A DNA stretch of 45,040 nucleotides, the filler included, from Sphacelaria rigidula (taxonomy: Eukaryota), in NCBI GenBank assembly GCA_964200075.2. It is 2 parts of 2 records of this genome, joined end to end, with 100 filler letters (N's around TTAATTAATTAA, not from the genome) between each part and the next. Parts side by side here need not be neighbours in the genome. Positions count along the whole stretch, not along the records: positions 22,580 to 45,040 come from CAXNAA020000332.1; 1 more part is not named here. One strand, written 5' to 3'. The notes under the pieces were generated by a model. The model was not told the DNA's origin, made no database searches, and saw only the letters and a program-made list of their open reading frames with translations. The position numbers and the translations under genes are program-made. Of this stretch, positions 23,510-35,337 are shown in pieces (positions within the stretch are counted from its first letter, which is position 1; each line of letters starts with the position of its first letter).

Positions 23510-26500
23510 GTGAGTACGAAAAACACTCGAACGAGTTATTCGAAAGCTCATCCACAATGTTTACTGTAAGCAGCACGAAAAGTGTCAGTCATGTCCCGTT
23601 TGTTTGTACACAGGGCAGACCCGCTGTTGACAGACCCTCACGATTTGCCTCGAGGCTTGTGATGTTGAGCGGTGTTTCCTGTGTGTACCTACGCTCAGGT
23701 TTTTGTTTCTTGTCAATTAATACAGCGTCCGTAAGGGTATTTCTGTTTTGTTTTGGCTATTTCGCCAACGCATATATATGCTGTCACCTTCATCTTTGCT
23801 TCAATGAAAGGACCGACTGGTGTACTCGAACCATGCATTACTTTTAATGTGCTTCCCCTCAAACTCGTAGCACACACATACATACATCTATATATATATA
23901 TATGTATATGTATACCTTGATGTATACGTATGTATTTATGTATAGGCTTACCAGCTTCACCATCATGTGGACGGTTCATGCCAAGTGGCAACTGCAGGCA
24001 TACTTAGTATCAGCTTCCAGTACGTGCGTGTAGAGGGTAGAGGATAGAATGGGAGGGGAGGGGGAGGGGGGGGAGGGAACCATTCCGGCTCCCCACTTGA
24101 GAGCGCCCTGTCTCTGTCATGATGTCGAAGTTGCATAGGCAATAAGGGAAGATATGCTGGCGTTGCGGCACGCCTCTACACGAGCTGTCAGCTCTGGCGC
24201 GGTGTGCGGGATTGATTTAGCTTCGCGCGCTTACGGCTGCCTTCAGAGATGGTGCACAACGGCAAACAGTTCAACAATGGGGCTAGTTGCATGTCTAGTA
24301 AAACGCCTCTCTTCTTCGCTGCCTTGCTCCCTTCAGCTCCGTCGCTTGAATAGCACTCACCCCAATATAATTCGACATCCAGACGCATTGTGCTCATTAG
24401 ACACTGACACAGGCTAGTGAATAGATCACCGTCTTCAAGCAATCCCACATGATGTTGGTTTCATTGGCTCTCCGTTCGTGTGTCTTTCCCACATGAGATG
24501 AGCCCTCGATATGCTTGAATCTAATTGTTGTCGGTGTTTTCTTTCTTGCTCGACCAGGAACGTAACTACCTGTACGTGCTGGCGTGCCTGGGTATCGCTG
24601 AACTTTCCATCCCCATCTACCATGAATACACCGTGGGAGACATCCGGTGAGGCGAGAGTCGCATGGGCGTTAAAAGAGAAGGGGGACGGAGAGGCTATTA
24701 TTCCTATATCTTCCAAATTCCTCAGCTGTTGGATTTTTTGCCTTGGGTTCTCGTAGAGGACGCAGGGGCGAACGGGGGGGCGGAAGGGCGGCAGGTCGTA
24801 TTGTGGCAGCCGATGGATGAGAAGCGAGTAGGTGTGTGAAGATGATTGTTTGATACCCATGGAATGCTTCAGAATCCGTGGATGGTTGTTGGCGAATCTT
24901 ACTCGATGATGCATCGTGGATCTTCCGCGGATTTGTTTGTTCTGACCACTCGTTACGTGTGTGTGTTCGTTCCGATGGTGATCAGGGAGGTCATCTCACT
25001 CCAGCATCGAATTGCCGCCATGGAATCGAGCGTGCTAGTTTTCATTCTCGCAGCTCTGTATCCTTTCATCAGGTAGGTGAACGAAATGAAAAATAAGGCG
25101 CACTCGGATGTTTGCATGAGTGAACGAACTCGTGTAGTGACTACCGTAAAAGTGCGAGAGATGGCACCGGGTGCGATCGATTTTTTAAATGTTAATTTCT
25201 TGGTTTTTTTCGCACCCCGGTGCCATCTCCCCGACTCCGGTGCCAAAATGCAATAAGATGTTTTTTTCTGGATTTTTCAATGCACCCCGGTGCCATCTCG
25301 CCGACCGGTGCGATGCCCAAACAAATGCAAACCGTGGCCTATATACATACTGATGATGCTACAGCAGTGCTGAAAGCGGGCACCCCGGTGCCATCTCTCG
25401 CACCATCACCGCACTCCATACCGCCTTGTAGCAACTTATCGGTACCGTTGTACGAGCAGATAAAAGTGTGATGTAATAACGGGAAGAAAAAAGAAGCACA
25501 CACCAGACACATCTACACCGCTAGCTGTACACCGCGCACAACAACCCGAACCAGAAAAGGCGGCGAAATAGATGAAAAAATAAAAATCTCCCGCCAAGAT
25601 CCCGCCGATTCTTTTTGTGTAGTACCGCAGAGCACACACACAACCCAACCATGTCAAAGGACGCAAGTGCCCATGTAATGCGTGAGAGGACCGCGTGCTT
25701 AGAGGACCGCATCGCAATTTGAACACCCCTATGGTTAGGGTTAGGGTTAGGGTTAGGGTTGGTGTTGGGGTTGGCGTCAGGGGCGTGGTACCTGCAGGGA
25801 CTGACCCGACTGATTTCGAAAAACGTCGATTCTGAGGTATTTTGAACTACGGCGCGTTCCTGTAAGCCCGCGGTCCTCTCACGCATAACACCCAAACCAC
25901 CTCCTCACAGCCCAGTGGCAATGCTGCTACTGCTGCTCCTACTTCGGCTGCTTCATTTGGGTGTGTACCGTACTTTGTTCGGTCGGAATGAGCGATTTTC
26001 CATGCGGATTAAATGAAAATAGCAGACATCATCGTGCTAGAACCGTGACCATACGCAAAGTAGTGTTGCCCTAACAACATGTTGACAACACTACACACGT
26101 GAAAGGTACCCATGTGTGTACATGCAGCAGCTCATGAGCGGCCCTGCTCCACCCGCGGAACCCTCAAAGTTGGGTTCCGGGTCGGTAAGATCGCACCCTG
26201 GTGCGATCGTACCGACTCCGGTACGAAGACACAATTAAATCATGCCATTTCCACTTTTTTTTGCGCTCCCCCGTGCCAGCTCCCCGACCGGTGCCATCTC
26301 TCGCACTTTTACGGTACCTCAGTAAAACGCCTAGTGAGCACAGGAATCTTGGATCAAGTCGCTTCTTCTGTTATGAACGAACAGCTGTCTTGAAAGTCCC
26401 TCCTTTGGCGCTTTGACTTCCTTTTGTTTGTAAGAAAAGGAGGGCTGGGTGGATCATGCCGCTTTGGATTGGCGCATTCGATTCCTTCGACTTGATTACA

Positions 26501-29500
26501 GCGGTCTTTGCCGAAGCTTTGTGCACGACGCTTGACTTGGGGGTCGAAGTAGAAGATATTCCAGTAAGCATCAAGAGCATCTGCAAGTAGGCTTTTGTTT
26601 GTTTTGCGTTGTGTTCCAAAATAACTTCTGCGTCTCGTTCAAAAGGGGTCATTTTGAAGCGGAAACCCCGCCGAGGCGTTACACTTACTTGATTTTAGTG
26701 TTGACCGAAAAACAAGAGCCCATAAACTATGCGAATCATATGCGCACATGAAAAATAAAACCCTACCTGCGAGTTGTGGGCTTGAAAACTGCAACTATAA
26801 TAGTTCTAACCAGAGTCGAACTACTAGCAAGAAGAATCGGCAAGGCGCGCCACGATCCTCTCGGAGAGTGCAGCAGTAAGTCATCCCGAGATCGCACAAT
26901 CAATCTACTGCCTAGTCGTCTTTTGCGGCAAAAAACACAAAGCAAATCGCGTCAACAACTGTTTGTTGGACAGTTTTGTCTTTTCACCATACAGAATGCC
27001 AAGTGTGCATATCTGACAATGATAATGATCTCACGACCTGGTGTGCCTCTATCGACCACTGCTGTGCTCTAGCAACATCCAGCTGAGACCATGTTGTCGA
27101 ATACCCCGTGATCGCTTGCCCTGTACTCGATCGGTACGAGTTGGATATTGCTCGCCCAACGAACGCTTCGTAGCAGCCACGCACGCACTATCGATAATGC
27201 ATTCGCATCACGTCACGACTGTCACCGTCCGTTTGTGTTCCGTACCCTGCATCTACAGAGCCCGATCTTCACCGAAATATCCTGTCCCACCCTCAACTTT
27301 GCTGCTTTATGTTTGCTGCTGTTGTTACTGTTGTTGCTGCTGCTGCTGACGTATAACCTCCCTCATTTCGCTCTACTCGGTTTCACAATGCCAACAGGAA
27401 AGTTGATGACATCTTTAGCATCAGCAGGGAGCTCACGATCGTCACGGCTGCGTTTCTCGTGCTCACCGGTACGAGCTGGTTGTCAAACGACTTGAAGGAT
27501 TGTGCGGCACGCTGTTTGGTCCCAAAACAAACATTACCAGGCGTCGTTGAGTGGACTTGGTTGCCGCTTTCTGTCTCGCTCGCCGCACCCATCTGGTGAC
27601 CACGACTGAATTAGTGTACTAGTATTAGTATTAGTATTAGTATTAGTATTAGTATCAGTATCAGTAGCACATCACTAGATCAGCTAATGCGCGACAAGCA
27701 ACCAATGGATCAACGGTGCTCAAGGGCGATCGTCACAAATCCACCACGAGGTTGGTAAATGTCTCAAACATTGGCACATACATCACTCCCCCATTTCTTG
27801 TTATAACGGAAACGGGCGCGGGGGGCAGAAGATACCATAAATGAAAGCGTTCAAGCTGCCAGGCACGGGCAGACCTCTACACTCCAGTGTGGAGTCTGCC
27901 ACTAAACTTGGGGCAAGGACTTGATTGCTTGATTTTTTATCAATGAGTGTCGCACTATAACTGACCCCCCAGGGGTCCAGCCGTGATCACATGACATGTA
28001 CACCGCAATTTAGGGAAATTAGACCCCCTTTGTAACATGTACTATTTTCTTCCTCGGGATCGTCTTTGATTACCTCCTCTGGTTTCTTGTTCTCCCATCA
28101 TCATTGATGTTCCCTTTTCTGCTTTGCTTTGCTTTGCTTTGCTTTGCTTTGCTTTGCTTTGTCTCCGTTTTGAGCAATCCTTTTTCTTTTCAGTTTACTC
28201 TGTGCGTTCCATCTTTTCCTTTTCCCTTTTTGTCGCTTCTTTTCGGCAAATGTTTCCGTTTTGCTTGCCTTTTGGTACTTGTAGATCTCAATACCTGGTG
28301 ACAACGGCTGGGCCCTTTCACTTAATATGCGACAACCATCGTACTGTAGGAGAGATCGACTGAGCTGCAGAAATGCCTGCGGACCGGGGAAGATCAGATC
28401 TCCAAAGGACTATGTGTATCAGATATACTCCGATCGCTGCTTCAGCTTCTTTCGAAGCACTTTTAACCTGACGCTTAGTCAACTTGGAAAACTTCCGGAG
28501 TCGGGGCTCAGAACGACCGGGGGGCAGAGCGCTAACCGAAACTGAGAGACATTCCGCCACCAAAGTCTTTTCTCGAGTTTATTCGAATTTTGTTCGTTTA
28601 AAATGTAACGTGGCAGACAGCGGCCTGATGCTTCGCAGGTTGCCACTGCTGCCGATCCCACTCTTATCCCTACGTTAACCTGACCCTTACTCTCCATCCC
28701 TGCTATGCCGATACCAACGGTAGCTCCACTGCCGGTTGCCCCTGGAGTAGCACCCGTTGTCAAATGCGGGGATGTTATCGTCTCACGCCTCTGCAAGGGC
28801 CGTTACTAACGGACTTTATCTTTGAACATTTCATCCATGAATAGGTGAAAATGGATCAAAATGGATCAAAATGGATGACACGTATGAAAATTATAGATGG
28901 AAATGGATGAAAATTTCAGCCCGATAATAACGACCCTGCTACAGCTCGCCGATTTGTCCTTTGACGTATGTCCCATCTCATACCGTGCTATTTCGGCGAA
29001 TCCTCAGTCGGCGCGGTAATAACGATGACGTACGGCAATGTCACCGTGATCCGGTGGCTAGGCCCGTCCAACGTCAATCCTTTCATCACGGCCTTCATTT
29101 TTGGGATCAGGTATGCACACCGTAGTCAAGATCGACACCATGTCCCGACGTTTCATGTCGTTGATGTTTGTTGTAGTGGCTTTAAAGCTGGACGCTGGGC
29201 CAAGCGTCACCCATGTGCTGTGCTCTGTTTGAGTCGTCGCTTGAAGTGTTCAAAAATTCGTTCTCGCCGCCGTTGTTCGCGGTTGATACGACCGCGAGGC
29301 TCACGACCTCATGCTACCATGCTTTGCCATGAGCCGACGTTCTTGAGGTACTGAGAAAGAAGAACACGGATCACGCGCTCCTAAAGCTTCAGTGTGGCAA
29401 TGCGTACATTATCTCTGCCCGTAAATTCTCTGCTCGTTACGGTTCGGGAACGGGGAGTCGCCGTGGTGACGTACCACTGCGACAGCGTTAATCTAGGGAG

Positions 29501-30319
29501 AAAACAGTGCTTGTCACGGGCGGAATTTGACACATTACCTCGTCCAGCAAAGCTCGTGAATGGCCTCGTCAAGCACAACAGCGTCTGTCTTGCCACCGTA
29601 CTCGCAATATATACGGCGCCGTTTCATGACCGTCCTAGCTAGTATGTCGGAGTGCTCGGGTACCCCGAATAGTCCCCGATTACTCTAGTCTCGGACGGAT
29701 TGGTGTGGACACTGCCATGAACCGATGAAATCTCCCATAGTACCAGCTCTTACTGCTGTCGATCGACTTGTGCACGTGACAATATCCGTCACGAGTAGTG
29801 ACTGCACATGAGAACGACCGTGTGTAGGCTTCAAGTACGAGTCAGACTTGGTTTTTTCAACACTTGAGGACAAGTGCACCCACGTCTGCGTGCAAGTTTC
29901 CCCCACAATTCAAGCTCCCGCCCCCCCTCTCCTCTCATGATCATGAGTACACCCCCTTCCCCTTTCCTGCTGAACCCTTCGAAACCCTGTCGCGCTCTGC
30001 AGCGTGGTGGATCCGCTACGCCGTATGGCGTGCGATCCTCTGGCCGCAACCAAGCGCAACCTCTCTGCCAGGAGGCTCTTCAGCCACCGAGATTATGCCT
30101 CGTGAGTTGTGTACATCCACACCCATCTGGTAGCCATGCAATATACACACGACGAAGCCTGCAACTGCACGTGAGGTGCAACGTCTTGTTCCTCTTCGTG
30201 ACAGGCTGAGCCCGGAAATCACCCTCGCTGTAGGTTGAGGGCAACGCATCTTCTCATCCCGAAATTGGCCATGAAACACAATAATACCCTTCCCTGGCAC
30301 ATCTCGAACAAAAAGATGC

Positions 30320-30368
<49 letters not shown>

Positions 30369-33300
30369 GAACAACCAATGCACAGAACGGCGCGGACCGT
30401 CTCCATGGAGTCTCCCGACCGATCAGCCCCAGCGGGCGAGAACAAGGACGGCACTCGAGTGGCGACATTCTCAAGTCGAAAGGAAGGGAGCAGTGGCAGC
30501 GCTATCCGCGGAGGTGGCACCCGTGGCTTGGGTGGAAGAGGGTTCAGTGCTCGTACTCCAGTCGACCCGAAGTGCGCCCAGAGCGTTGTTACCGCACCCA
30601 GCGACACACCCAACGATTTTGTTCGTGGGGCTCGGTTCAGCTCTAGCAGCTGCCAAGACTGTATCCGAAATGGTGGGGAGCGGGGAGACGAGGATGCAGG
30701 GCATGTATGGAACTTCGAGAGGCTGACATCCACGCCGCTGTTGGCCGCCGCATTCGAGGAATATTCTCGGAAAGCTTTGTGCCACGAATCTGTCCTTTTC
30801 CTGAGCGCGGTCTGCAGGTCTGTGCAACTGTCGATTGGCGGCGTTCTGAGTTATTACAGCTTCATCGTTGTCCCATTTTCTCTGAGAGACGTTGTGGGAC
30901 TTCCCTTCATCCACGTAGATCTAATCTTTGAATATAATTCTATATTTCCTGATTTGTGCGGACTTGACTGAGGGTTGCTAGTATCAACTAATCACTTTCG
31001 AATACATACCAGAAGACCCAATATTCTCGTGTTGCCCTCTATGGGAACATGGCTATCTCGTGCTACGTCGGGATCCACGAGCACGTGAACTATCCGAAAA
31101 TATGACACTCTCGCGCGCAGGCTTGGTCTTCACGAAGTGATGCCTTCGCTGTCGCAGTGGCAGTAGTTGCTAGGACGGGTCCTCATAGCACTCTACGCAC
31201 GCAAAAGCAGAGTTGGTGATCGTTGAGGCAATCTCTGTGGGTCTATTCGCGGAAAGCTATGATCCCAATGTACAGGTGCACTACCAATAATAACGCGTCG
31301 GGAGGGGGGTCTAGAAACCGCGCACAACTCAGGAGGGCGTGCTTGCGGAAATCCAGGAAGCGCCTGACACGTGTGTCCAGGAAGCGAACAGTATACTTTC
31401 ATTCACTTTACCTACAGGAGATGAAGCGGCGACCACACGTTTTGTATAGTCTCCTCTCGGTTCGTGTTTGTGCGCGTGCGTGTTCTTTTTTTTTGTTTAC
31501 ACGTTTCACGTACTGCAGGTACGAGAACTTCGACTTCTCGCAATACTCACCGCGCGGATCGGGTGCCACGTCGGAGGACTTCATCCTCCCATCGAGCGTG
31601 AGCGTGGCCACAAGCTCGGCGACGCAGTTCGATGCCTTCACCCGCATTGCGAATACGTTCATCAAAGCCGGCGCTCGAGAAGAGGTTAACTTAAGGTGAG
31701 AATTTCAAGTCCCTGGTTTCAGGTTGTTTCTTCTTGTTGTCACTTCGTCCAGTGCTTGAGGCTTGCCGATGTGATGTTTCAGTGGATCTCTATTTTTGGT
31801 TCTTTGTTCGTTTATCTTATCTTAGGATTCGTCATAGCTGGGAGTGTCTGCCATCTTCTATTGCTTGTGTTATTTTGGGCAGCCGTCCTTCAATATGTCC
31901 TCCTCCTCCTCCTCATCGGTTTATGCGTGGGCAATATCTCCGTTTATACATTTATCTGATGACCTTGTCTAGATGTGAAACAGTTAGTACATCACTTATT
32001 CAATGCAACTGTGGGCGGTACAAGACAAAAGGACCATCCCTTCTTTCGCATCCTACTAAGGAGACTCCTCAAAACGAGTTTCAACATCGGGGTGGGCTTC
32101 AAGCTGCCTTCGCATTTTCGATGTTTTTTGCCGAAAGAGCTTTCATAACGACAGCAATTTATGATAGTTTGATCGGAGGAGCAGTTGGTTGAGAGGACGT
32201 TTCCCGCCCATGTCCTCTTTTTGTCTTCGTTCGGCGATTTCAAATCGCTGGAGAGATTGGCATCATGTAACCACCACATACCTAATTTGTCAGCCCTCTC
32301 ATTAGCACAAGAACGGCAAGCGGTCAGTTTTACAGCCCCGAAAAAGAGATGCAGCTTGGCTTCCCGCAGCATCTCGACTAGTGTGTTCGTGGATTGTCTG
32401 TTTTATTTTCGATTACTGTATATTTGTCGCACTTTGAACCCCTCCCCTTCCTTTGGACGAGTCCGTGGCCTCAAGGGATCAACCCATTTCCCCCTGGTGT
32501 CTGTGGGGCTGAGCAATACAAAGATCGATACCTTTCTGCCTCTCTAGTGCATCTGTGCGCTACATAACACGCCGTCGACAAACAGGGCGATATTCTTCTC
32601 ACCGCTACTGTTCTCACACACGCACGTGCGAGCGATGACGGTTCCGCGAGCTATCCAATCGCGTGCGTGGGTATTTGTGTGTGGGGGGTGTTATCGTTGA
32701 TTTTGGCCTGCGCTTGGCACAAGGACCGCCGTACACATCCCGGTTGGGAGAATGCAGTAGAAAGTCCACGCCCATGAAGACTTTCTTGGCATGCAGAGTG
32801 AAATAAGATGCCTGTGGCGGTGACTTTGCTGTTGCTGGCGTGTCCCACATGGGGGTTCGCATAGTGTAATCTGTGACCTGCAGCGCGTCTTATGTGATGT
32901 ACAGTCGACGCGTACAAGCGGTGGGGAAGGGTGGCGTCTCGGAATTTTCGACCCTGCGGAGGTCACCACAAGCGTTTGCCTGACGCGAGATGTGGTTCTA
33001 CTAGGAACAAGAGCGCCCTCGTAACATATGGGTTACTTGTCGTTTCATTCGTGGTTCACGCTGTCAAGCGCCGACCAAGAAGGTCATCGAAAGCTCCTTG
33101 GACTAGGTGCTCGAGACAGGGGGGGGGGGTGTATTATCTTGTATTTTTCACTATTTTCTTTTAACTCGCCACACATAAACAATGCAAGCTCCTCCTGAGC
33201 TGAAATATGCAACGAAAACCAAACCAAGAGAAGTGAGGCAATGCGGGAGCACAGGGATATGCGGGACATCTAGTCACGATACAGTATCGTCCCTGTGACT

Positions 33301-34808
33301 GGTCGATTTTTTTCCGCCCCCCAAATTTATTGTACACTTGATCTGCACTGAAATGTACCCGAATCAATGCTAGTTTACATGCATAAGGACTCAGTCCGGC
33401 CATATTACAGTAAACGGCTTTGTCTGAGATAGATCGGGAGCTAGCTTGCAAGGAGCGCAGCTGAAAGGCTAGTCAATTTGTTGTAATCGACTGTAGGCAA
33501 AGTCTTGCCTTCTCCTGAAAGACTTACAAAGAGCTCCTAGGACTTGAACTAACATGGTGGCATCACAACGGGTGTCCAAAGGTGACAGGGGGCGCTCTCC
33601 TCGGCTTCCGTCAGGCGTTAAGAAAACGATGCCCCTCTTGTTTTGTCAAACGTATGCGGAATTCGTGTATAGCGATCAGTATACAATAAAACCGAAGTGA
33701 AGTGCCCTCGTTCGTGTTCAGAATAGGAAACTCGTTGCTGGAAATGTTCTACAGTTATTAAAATGGGAAAAATCATTGGTAGAAAACTGCCTGTCCCTGG
33801 AGTTTCCTCGTTGGGCTCGAAAACACAGGCGGTACACCGGTTTTGGCGATTGCTCCTCATCTCTGCATATCCTGCATGCAGACAAAGACTCATTCCTCCC
33901 AACACTACCCACAGCAGCATATGACAATCAAGTTGGTCTCGGGGATTGCCATCATTGACATATGTCGTTTCACTCAAATATGTGAATGTCCTAGAGCGCT
34001 CGACTGATGATTGATCACCTAATTTCCTAGGAACAGCGGGTTGATGCAATAAAAGCCCCGTACAAACTGAGGAAGTAAAAGGTTTTCATGCCCTGGGCAG
34101 CGCGTTAGCAGGCGGAATCCGGAATGTCGATAGCAAGGGTTTATTTATAACAATTAAGGCCGAAGATCAGATGTCGGCGGTATTTTCTTACAAATGTTTT
34201 GCCCGTATAGGATACTGCTGACCGCCACTTGTTTCTCGTGAGTGTGATGGATCACCTCGTGATTTCTTGTTCGCCTTGATCGTGTCTTGTTTTTTCGGAC
34301 GAGCAGCTACGATGACAAGAAGCGGATCATGTCGTGGGTGAAGGGGGGAAGGGAGGCGTTCAACCAGTTTCCGGAAGAAGAACGCAGGCGAGGCACCACT
34401 CTCTCGAACCGTTCATGAATTTGCATGTGCATCATCAAGATTGTAAAAAAATGTTCGAGTTCATGAAGGGGCGCATTTCAGTACGTTGTTGCACAGATGC
34501 TGGCACCGTCTTTTGATTTTATGGGTTGACAAGAAAATACCCTTCACACATGATGGCCGTTTGGTACATTGTGAGTTCACCCTGAGCTGTAGAGCGACGT
34601 GAAGCAAGAGTACACCCTTTTTGCGTCTGCCGCGGTATCGACGTAATCCAGGTTGGTATTCGGGCAAGCTTACCACGAAGTTCGCACTATGCTGGAGCAA
34701 AACCTTCTGCTGCGATTTTTTAGCACGGATGAGTTCAAGCAAGCCAGGGCAAGGCGGGAGCTCAACATCGCGATGATGGAGTCACCAGAGCCGGACATCA
34801 TACACTAG
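23281..34808 (+). CDS. 7TM-RGS protein (membrane domain + RGS domain), 5' partial; join(23281..23509,24558..24646,24986..25072,27398..27468,29008..29110,30003..30101,30386..30817,31519..31695,34307..34387,34652..34808), >=507 aa
   Basis: Ten exons splice with consistent phases into one open frame. Six hydrophobic segments are followed by RGS motifs: FEEYSRKALCHESVLFLSAVCRY, AFTRIANTFIKAGAREEVNLS and VFGQAYHEVRTMLEQNLLLRFFSTDEF. The first visible exon starts in phase 2 (R|SARLVILG), so the start/TM1 exon is missing. Confidence 0.87.
24558..24646 (+). CDS. 7TM-RGS exon B
   Basis: CAG|ERNYLYVLACLGIAELSIPIYHEYTVGDI CG|GTGAGG. Confidence 0.8.
24986..25072 (+). CDS. 7TM-RGS exon C
   Basis: CAG|G EVISLQHRIAAMESSVLVFILAALYPFI AG|GTAGGT. 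Confidence 0.78.
25144..26314. mobile_element. Non-autonomous Tc1/mariner-type (pogo/Tc2-like) DNA transposon in an intron
   Basis: Perfect 27-bp TIRs CCGTAAAAGTGCGAGAGATGGCACCGG (25144-25170 / 26288-26314) flanked by TA on both sides. Subterminal CGGTGCCATCTC copies at 25218, 25288 and 25386. No transposase ORF. Confidence 0.88.
25735..25782 (+). repeat. Interstitial telomere-type repeat (TTAGGG)4 plus 4 degenerate units
   Basis: Direct reading; lies inside the TIR element. Confidence 0.9.
27398..27468 (+). CDS. 7TM-RGS exon D
   Basis: CAG|G KVDDIFSISRELTIVTAAFLVLT G|GTACGA. Confidence 0.82.
27620..27667. repeat. (TAGTAT)n microsatellite
   Basis: Direct reading. Confidence 0.92.
28121..28160. 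repeat. (GCTTT)8 microsatellite
   Basis: Direct reading. Confidence 0.95.
29008..29110 (+). CDS. 7TM-RGS exon E
   Basis: CAG|TC GAVITMTYGNVTVIRWLGPSNVNPFITAFIFGI AG|GTATGC. Confidence 0.8.
30003..30101 (+). CDS. 7TM-RGS exon F
   Basis: GCAG|C VVDPLRRMACDPLAATKRNLSARRLFSHRDYA TC|GTGAGT. Confidence 0.8.
30321..30366. repeat. (AC)23 microsatellite just upstream of a splice acceptor
   Basis: Direct reading. Confidence 0.95.
30386..30817 (+). CDS. 7TM-RGS exon G (linker + start of RGS domain)
   Basis: CAG|A TARTVSME...WNFERLTSTPLLAAAFEEYSRKALCHESVLFLSAVC AG|GTCTGT. Confidence 0.85.
31519..31695 (+). CDS. 7TM-RGS exon H (RGS domain)
   Basis: GCAG|G YENFDF...FIKAGAREEVNL AG|GTGAGA. Confidence 0.88.
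34307..34387 (+). CDS. 7TM-RGS exon I (ends at GC donor)
   Basis: GCAG|C YDDKKRIMSWVKGGREAFNQFPEEER AG|GCGAGG. Confidence 0.8.
34652..34808 (+). CDS. 7TM-RGS terminal exon J
   Basis: CCAG|G LVFGQAYHEVRTMLEQNLLLRFFSTDEFKQARARRELNIAMMESPEPDIIH TAG. Confidence 0.87.
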
Positions 34809-35083
34809 TCTGTCGGGACACCTTGACCTCGACTCAGATTATCTTTCTATTTTTCTCGCGGGATTTAGTGTTCGCAGTTCATCCCCACAGGTGTGAAGGG
34901 ATCTTGAAAAATTGTTGTGGCCTACGCAGGCGTCTTGCTTCTCTTCGTAGTGATTCCTATATTATGTTGGGTCATGACCCAGTTATGGTTTTGTGGCAAT
35001 TTCGTATTGGACGTTTTCCGGTCATCAAGTGTTGAGAGAGAGAGTGTAATGTTCTACGTGCTGTGTATTGAACTCATACATGA

Positions 35084-35337
35084 TAAGTGATGACACGGCA
35101 GGAGTGCACGTTTTGCGCAAAATCTTGCCTGATTCAGGGGCTCCTTCTGGATGCACAGGAATATGGGTCAGGGCATCCCCGTTTGCAAATTCATTCGGGA
35201 TATTCCTAGCACATTGGAATATTAATCTTGGCGGACTCTCACATATTTCATAGGTCGTGTTTTGGATTAAACAAAGGGCTCGTAACAATTTTAACGCCAG
35301 AAAATGTTTGTGCACTCCTACCATAGCATCACACTGA
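35084..35337. mobile_element. hAT-like MITE (short copy of the 21262-22395 family)
   Basis: Ends AGTGATGACACGGCAG ... CTACCATAGCATCAC are inverted; the interior is the reverse-complement homologue of 22160-22395. Confidence 0.6.

Noticed and set aside
27868..27900. GC-rich hairpin as a Helitron 3' end
   Set aside because: No CTRR terminus at the usual spacing and no matching 5' end identified.
31950..31990. CTGATGA...GAAA hammerhead-like core
   Set aside because: The intervening bases do not form stem II, and flanking stems are not evident.
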